Positions 59,351-64,000 of a stretch of DNA of 64,000 nt are shown piece by piece (the stretch's first letter is position 1; the number at the start of each line of letters is the position of its first letter). This stretch comes from Promethearchaeota archaeon (GTDB lineage: Archaea; Asgardarchaeota; Lokiarchaeia; Sigyniarchaeales; SOKP01). Under the pieces are notes generated by a model. That model saw only the letters and a list, made by a program, of their open reading frames with translations. It made no database searches and was not told the DNA's origin. Location: the NCBI GenBank assembly GCA_019894975.1, contig JAGXNO010000010.1:18704-82703 (forward strand). Direction: 5' to 3'. A program made the translations under genes and the position numbers.

Positions 59351-60010
59351 ATGCTGGATATACTTCTTTTCTCTTTTTTAATTGCCTTAACAGGTGCGTT
59401 AACACCCGGACCATTGTTGACATTCACAATTTATAAATCTTTACAGGAAAAAAGGGGTTATCTTGCAGGGTTTTTCATAATATTAGGACATGCTCTAATT
59501 GAATTAATTTTAATAGTAGTACTGTTGGCGGGAGCTACAATTTTGTTTCAAAATATAATATTTTTGACTATTATCGGCATAATTGGGGGCTCATTTCTTA
59601 TAATTTTCGGTATCTTAGTTATTAGAAACACAACTAAAACAGATCCACACGTAGATTTCAATCTTCAGGATGAGACTATTAAAGGATACAAAGGTAACAG
59701 TTTTTTAGGAGGAATTATTGTTAGTCTCAGCAACCCATACTGGGAATTCTGGTGGGCAGTAATTGGATTAGGATTTATGGTTAATTATAATATATCTTTC
59801 TCAAATCCAGTGGGTTTAATACTTTTTTTTATAGGGCATGAATTAGGAGATATTGTGTGGTATTTACCCGTATCTACATTTGTGTATCTTGGAGGGAAGA
59901 AGCTAAATCCTAAAATCTATAAATACATTCTAATTATTTGTGCAGGTTTTATGATAATATTTGGTTTATATTTATCTTTCAATATAATTCTGTTTCCACC
60001 TAGTGTATGA
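59351..60010 (+). CDS. LysE family transporter
   Basis: GALTPGPL, GH..E, G...SLSNPY..WW, GH..D..WY. Confidence 0.9.
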   Translation: MLDILLFSFLIALTGALTPGPLLTFTIYKSLQEKRGYLAGFFIILGHALIELILIVVLLAGATILFQNIIFLTIIGIIGGSFLIIFGILVIRNTTKTDPHVDFNLQDETIKGYKGNSFLGGIIVSLSNPYWEFWWAVIGLGFMVNYNISFSNPVGLILFFIGHELGDIVWYLPVSTFVYLGGKKLNPKIYKYILIICAGFMIIFGLYLSFNIILFPPSV

Positions 60011-60088
60011 TCTGAGTATTATGCATATATTTTAGAGCATTTTGATGTTTTTTCCTCATAAATTCAAATGCAGAGATAAATTAAACTT

Positions 60089-60385
60089 GTGTTTATGAGT
60101 GCGATGGAAAAAAATCTAATAAGTAACGAAGCTCGTAAATTTCTCATACGAAAACTATTAACTATATGCCCTGTTTGCCAGAAACGTATCTATGGAAAAG
60201 ATATCGACATCTTAAAAATCGATTCATCTAAAATTAATCATTGGCCCTTAAGGTATATCCATTGTCATAAGACTAATAGTGTACCCTTTCATGCCCTAAC
60301 CATCTTTTTAGATGCAAATTTTAGCGTTAGGGGAAATGAAGTATCAGAATTTATAAAAATTGAAAACCAAAAAGAATTAATCTAA
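60089..60385 (+). CDS. Small putative Zn-binding protein
   Basis: CPVC..YIHCH..HAL..FLDANFSVRG.E. Confidence 0.7.
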   Translation: MFMSAMEKNLISNEARKFLIRKLLTICPVCQKRIYGKDIDILKIDSSKINHWPLRYIHCHKTNSVPFHALTIFLDANFSVRGNEVSEFIKIENQKELI

Positions 60386-62448
60386 TATTCTTCTAATTCG
60401 TAATCTTCCTGTTCTTCAAAAAGATCTGAATGAGGTTCAAGAAAATGGTTTTGACACATTGGACACGAATTATATTTTGAAAGCCAAAATGCTACACACA
60501 GGTAATGGTATGTACTCCCACAGAAAGGACAGGTGATAACTTTATCCTTAGCAAAATTTATATATTTATGACAAACTGTACATTGAACTTCTGAACTTGA
60601 TATTCCTTTGCTTAATTTCACACGATTTGACAAAAGCTTTTCTAGTTTTGATAGTTCCACCTGATAAAGTCCTAGAGAATTATTTAAATGGTTTATCTTT
60701 GAATTTATTTCGGCAATTCTTTCTCTTAGCTCATCTTCTGTTAATTTCTCTGCAAGAAATGCTGATAGTGCGAAATTTAAGGGCAATCCTTCAAATTTCT
60801 CAGTTTGTTCAGAAATTTCGGTAATTGTAGCGAATAGAAAACCCTCCTTATCAAGTAATTCTTTGAAACTTTTAAATAACTTGTTTATTAGAAGGGATAT
60901 AAGAAAAGTTAATTGATCTCTTTTACGATTAAAGTTATCTTCCCATAACTTTATAATTTGGTAAATTTCTATATCTTGAGTCTTTTTAGTTTCAAGTGTT
61001 TTATAAACGTCATCTTTTATCGTTTGTATCTTCTCACTATACTTCTTTAGGATCTCTCTTATCTGAGTTAATTGAGGAAATTCTTCTTTAATTATCAGTG
61101 AAGTCTCATCCTCATATGTTCTAATTATGTCATTAAGCTCTGAAATTTTTCCTTTAATGAAATTTCTAATATTTATCCTCACATCTTCATCTTTTACAGT
61201 CTTGATGAAGGATAAATATTCATTTTTTCTGCGATATATTTCAGATCCTACATTAGAAAATATCTTTCTCCAGGATTCAGTTATACTATCGTATGGTTTG
61301 AGATAATTTTCCAAGGTTAGGACCCAATCTTCGATTTCCTGAATTTTTGAGTAGAATTGGTCTATTTTCGTATAGTAGAAATTCGCAATCTTCTCAAATT
61401 CTTCAGGTTCAGTGTCATCATGAATTTTTTCTTGGAATTTCTTCTCTAATCCTAAAATATAGTAATCTACAATTTTTGGGAGGAAAATACCTATTTTTTG
61501 TTTTTTAAGATCTTCAAGATCAGCACCAATTTGTTTGTCTTTTAAATTAAACTCCTTAATTTCCGCAATGATATCTTCGGATTTCTCCAAATTTAAGTCT
61601 TTTAGAAGGGGTTTTATGAAATTTTTAAGGTTTTGGATAATTTCCTTCCGTTCTAAGATGTTTATAAACTCATCTCCTTGATATTCTTCTATAGTTTTAT
61701 TCTGATTTAAGAGATAAGTCAACTCAGAAAAGAAATTAATTTTTTGTTCATTTTTTGATAAAAAATACTGGTGAATTTCATCATAATGAAACGTTAATAG
61801 TGATTCCTGTTTGTCTTTTTTCCTTTTTTTAATAAATACTTCATTTAAGCTTTTAATAAAAACATATAACTCTTTAAACTCATCCCAATTTTCTAAAGCT
61901 TTAGGAATTCCATCTATTTTAAAGTTCAAGTTTTTAATTTTATTTATTTCGTTCCAGAGATAAAGTTGATCATCATAAACATTTTGGGGCTTTTTTAATG
62001 AATTTATTATATTAGACGCAATATCATTGCTTTTACGAAGTAGGCCAATCGTATCTGATAACAAGTTGTTTATGAAAATATTTCCGTTTTTCAATAGTCT
62101 TTTTACATTGGAGCAATTTGAATTTAAATCCTGTAGATTATTTATTATCGAATTTAACTGAGCTAAAATCCCTGATTTTATGTAAAAATAATCTTTAGAA
62201 TTATTATCTTCTTCCGAATGGATTATATACATATTCAAAAAATTAGAAATATCGTCTAAATACTTAGTATAAGAATCTAATATAGTGGGAGATAACTGTA
62301 GCTGGTCTTCAATATATTCTGTAATTTCTGATTCTTCAGCATTTTTAGATTTAAATCCAATTAACCTTTTCTTAATTTCAATAATCTCACTTTTAGAAAA
62401 AGTCTTAATTTCTTTGGCATCAGTAAAAATGTTATTCGTTAAGTTCAA
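60382..62448 (-). CDS. Long helical/coiled-coil protein with C-terminal RING-type (C4HC3) domain
   Basis: CTVC..CPFC..H..C..W..CPMC, then an acidic tail. Confidence 0.82.
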   Translation of the reverse strand: MNLTNNIFTDAKEIKTFSKSEIIEIKKRLIGFKSKNAEESEITEYIEDQLQLSPTILDSYTKYLDDISNFLNMYIIHSEEDNNSKDYFYIKSGILAQLNSIINNLQDLNSNCSNVKRLLKNGNIFINNLLSDTIGLLRKSNDIASNIINSLKKPQNVYDDQLYLWNEINKIKNLNFKIDGIPKALENWDEFKELYVFIKSLNEVFIKKRKKDKQESLLTFHYDEIHQYFLSKNEQKINFFSELTYLLNQNKTIEEYQGDEFINILERKEIIQNLKNFIKPLLKDLNLEKSEDIIAEIKEFNLKDKQIGADLEDLKKQKIGIFLPKIVDYYILGLEKKFQEKIHDDTEPEEFEKIANFYYTKIDQFYSKIQEIEDWVLTLENYLKPYDSITESWRKIFSNVGSEIYRRKNEYLSFIKTVKDEDVRINIRNFIKGKISELNDIIRTYEDETSLIIKEEFPQLTQIREILKKYSEKIQTIKDDVYKTLETKKTQDIEIYQIIKLWEDNFNRKRDQLTFLISLLINKLFKSFKELLDKEGFLFATITEISEQTEKFEGLPLNFALSAFLAEKLTEDELRERIAEINSKINHLNNSLGLYQVELSKLEKLLSNRVKLSKGISSSEVQCTVCHKYINFAKDKVITCPFCGSTYHYLCVAFWLSKYNSCPMCQNHFLEPHSDLFEEQEDYELEEY

Positions 62449-62562
62449 AATATTATACCCGTTCTATGGATTCTAATACATAATAAAAGGAAGAAATCAT
62501 ATAATAAATTATTATTTATTATAACGCCGGTTAGTAAATCAAAAGACTAAGGACTGAAAAGG

Positions 62563-63180
62563 TTATTCACCTAATTCATTAACCTCTAAATACTTCTCTT
62601 TTGAACCATCCTTTGTAATAGTTAAAATATCAATACCATTCCCCGACATTACGTCTCGGGAAATTGAATTCCTAATTGCTTTTTCAACCAATTTTTCACC
62701 GGCAGCCGTAGTCATCCCAGGTTTATATTCTGCTTCTAAAATACCGATTGACAATAACATCCCCGTTCCAGTAGTTCCATAATCATCTGGCATTAAACTA
62801 CCAATGGCATCTAGTGTATACAATTCAGGTCCCCCTACATCCATCCCTGCGACAACTAAGTTCGTGAATAGTGGAGCCATTTTCCTTGAATATAGATAGT
62901 TTGATACCATTTTTCCCATGCTTCTTGTCGATATCCTATCCCCGGCATCTAGAAGATATAAATTTGCTTGTGCTCTTAGTATCTTCACAAGAATCTGAAA
63001 ATCCCCGATCAACCCGTAACATGCCATACCTATGTGTTCGGTTATTTTGAACACTTTTCTCGTTGATTTATTCGTAACAGTATATCCCCACGTTGCTCTT
63101 CGGTCATTACCTAATACAACACCATCCTTACATTTGATTCCTATTCCTGTTGCTCCAGGAACCATTATTTGTTGAGCCAT
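62563..63180 (-). CDS. psmB: Proteasome beta subunit, probably non-catalytic
   Basis: PGATGIGIKCKDGVV...DRRAT, K.FKI, GL.GD.Q, LDAIGS, RD..SG.GID; Ala at the Thr1 position. Confidence 0.93.
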   Translation of the reverse strand: MAQQIMVPGATGIGIKCKDGVVLGNDRRATWGYTVTNKSTRKVFKITEHIGMACYGLIGDFQILVKILRAQANLYLLDAGDRISTRSMGKMVSNYLYSRKMAPLFTNLVVAGMDVGGPELYTLDAIGSLMPDDYGTTGTGMLLSIGILEAEYKPGMTTAAGEKLVEKAIRNSISRDVMSGNGIDILTITKDGSKEKYLEVNELGE

Positions 63181-63475
63181 CGATATGTTCACTCTAAGTT
63201 ATTGAATTATTATATCTATTTTGTAATTATAAATAAACAGACCTAATTAAAATTTTTCTTTTAAATTATAATGTTTAACAATCTACATCATTAAACTAAA
63301 AGGATTTATTCAAGTTCAACTTAAAGATTTTTCTATATTTCGAGTAATCACATGATAATTAAAGGATTAATACCGCAAGTTTATAATCCCTAGTAAAAAC
63401 AATAGAAAAAAAATCTGTAAATTTTCCTGTCACAATTTGTGAATTTTCAAAATAAACCTAAAGTATAAAAAAAAA

Positions 63476-63865
63476 TTACCTATTAGCAAATTGTGTCTTA
63501 TAAAAACTTATTACTTTCTCGAAAGTATCGTCCAATATTGGTTCTTGGTCTTGACTGATCAGAATTTTTGTAAGTTCTTCTTTAAGCATTCCAAATATTT
63601 CTAAAAATCCTCCCATTCGATCAGCCGGACTTAAATCCTCTCTTTTCGCTTCTTCACCTAGGTTATAATGATATTTCACTTGGTAAGCTATTAGTACTCG
63701 CCATATAAATCCCTTTATGGCTCTTTCCGAAATAGGAAGATACTGGTTGATAAGTTGTGCAAGAGAAACGACTATCTTTTTTTGTTCTGCAGTTAAATGT
63801 AATTTTTTATAGTCCTCTTCTGCTTCCTCAATTGATTTAGGTTTGAATTTTATTTCATTACTCAT
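63476..63865 (-). CDS. Hypothetical protein
   Basis: 129-aa helical ORF. Confidence 0.65.
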   Translation of the reverse strand: MSNEIKFKPKSIEEAEEDYKKLHLTAEQKKIVVSLAQLINQYLPISERAIKGFIWRVLIAYQVKYHYNLGEEAKREDLSPADRMGGFLEIFGMLKEELTKILISQDQEPILDDTFEKVISFYKTQFANR

Positions 63866-64000
63866 TATTTTTTATTCCCGTTTTATTTATTTCATTTTTT
63901 TTTAAATGTATATGAAAAATGATAAAAGGGATTTTTATATATTTGGAAAAGGATAAGGGGTGATAGAGTCTTATAATTGATTAATTATGTTGATGCAGGT

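Noticed and set aside
63430-63442. TCACAA-T-TTGTGA palindrome upstream of psmB
   Set aside because: Six-bp arms, single occurrence; not distinguishable from chance
1-64000. tRNA, rRNA, CRISPR array, transposase or integrase
   Set aside because: No cloverleaf, GC-rich structural RNA, regularly spaced repeats or recombinase motifs seen by eye
1-64000. Selenoprotein (in-frame TGA) with SECIS
   Set aside because: The TGA-terminated ORFs I checked end at family-typical C-termini, with no conserved continuation and no convincing SECIS

Overview
A gene-dense, very AT-rich archaeal chromosomal segment, most likely from an Asgard archaeon of the Lokiarchaeia/Promethearchaeota type. The basis is archaeal information-processing genes (Bud32, S28e, L7Ae, RpoN, L24e, S6e, TFB, ProRS, proteasome beta) together with eukaryotic-signature-like proteins (two clear and one divergent gelsolin-domain proteins, a longin-like protein, a coiled-coil RING protein and an EMC3/TMCO1-family insertase). 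Metabolic genes include leuA-leuC-leuD, fae-hps, deoxyhypusine synthase, a PlsY fusion, a GlpA-like three-gene operon and several FAD/Fe-S (GlcD/CCG) oxidoreductases. I found no tRNA, rRNA, CRISPR array or transposase. Signals not in the ORF track: (1) a 35-aa Leu-rich leader peptide ending in L-D-L-N-L-L-L-stop upstream of leuA, with mutually exclusive 1:2 and 2:3 RNA helices, a candidate ribosome-coupled leucine attenuator in an archaeon; (2) apparent ATT/ATA start codons in several genes, including L7Ae and leuC; (3) a surface protein with a juxtamembrane HFS autoproteolysis-like motif next to a membrane-tethered wHTH regulator with a paralogous ectodomain; (4) a Zn-ribbon module shared by a gelsolin and a small adaptor-like protein; (5) two hidden small ORFs, two pseudogenes and a promoter-inclusive tandem duplication. 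All product calls come from motif recognition by eye; no database search was run.
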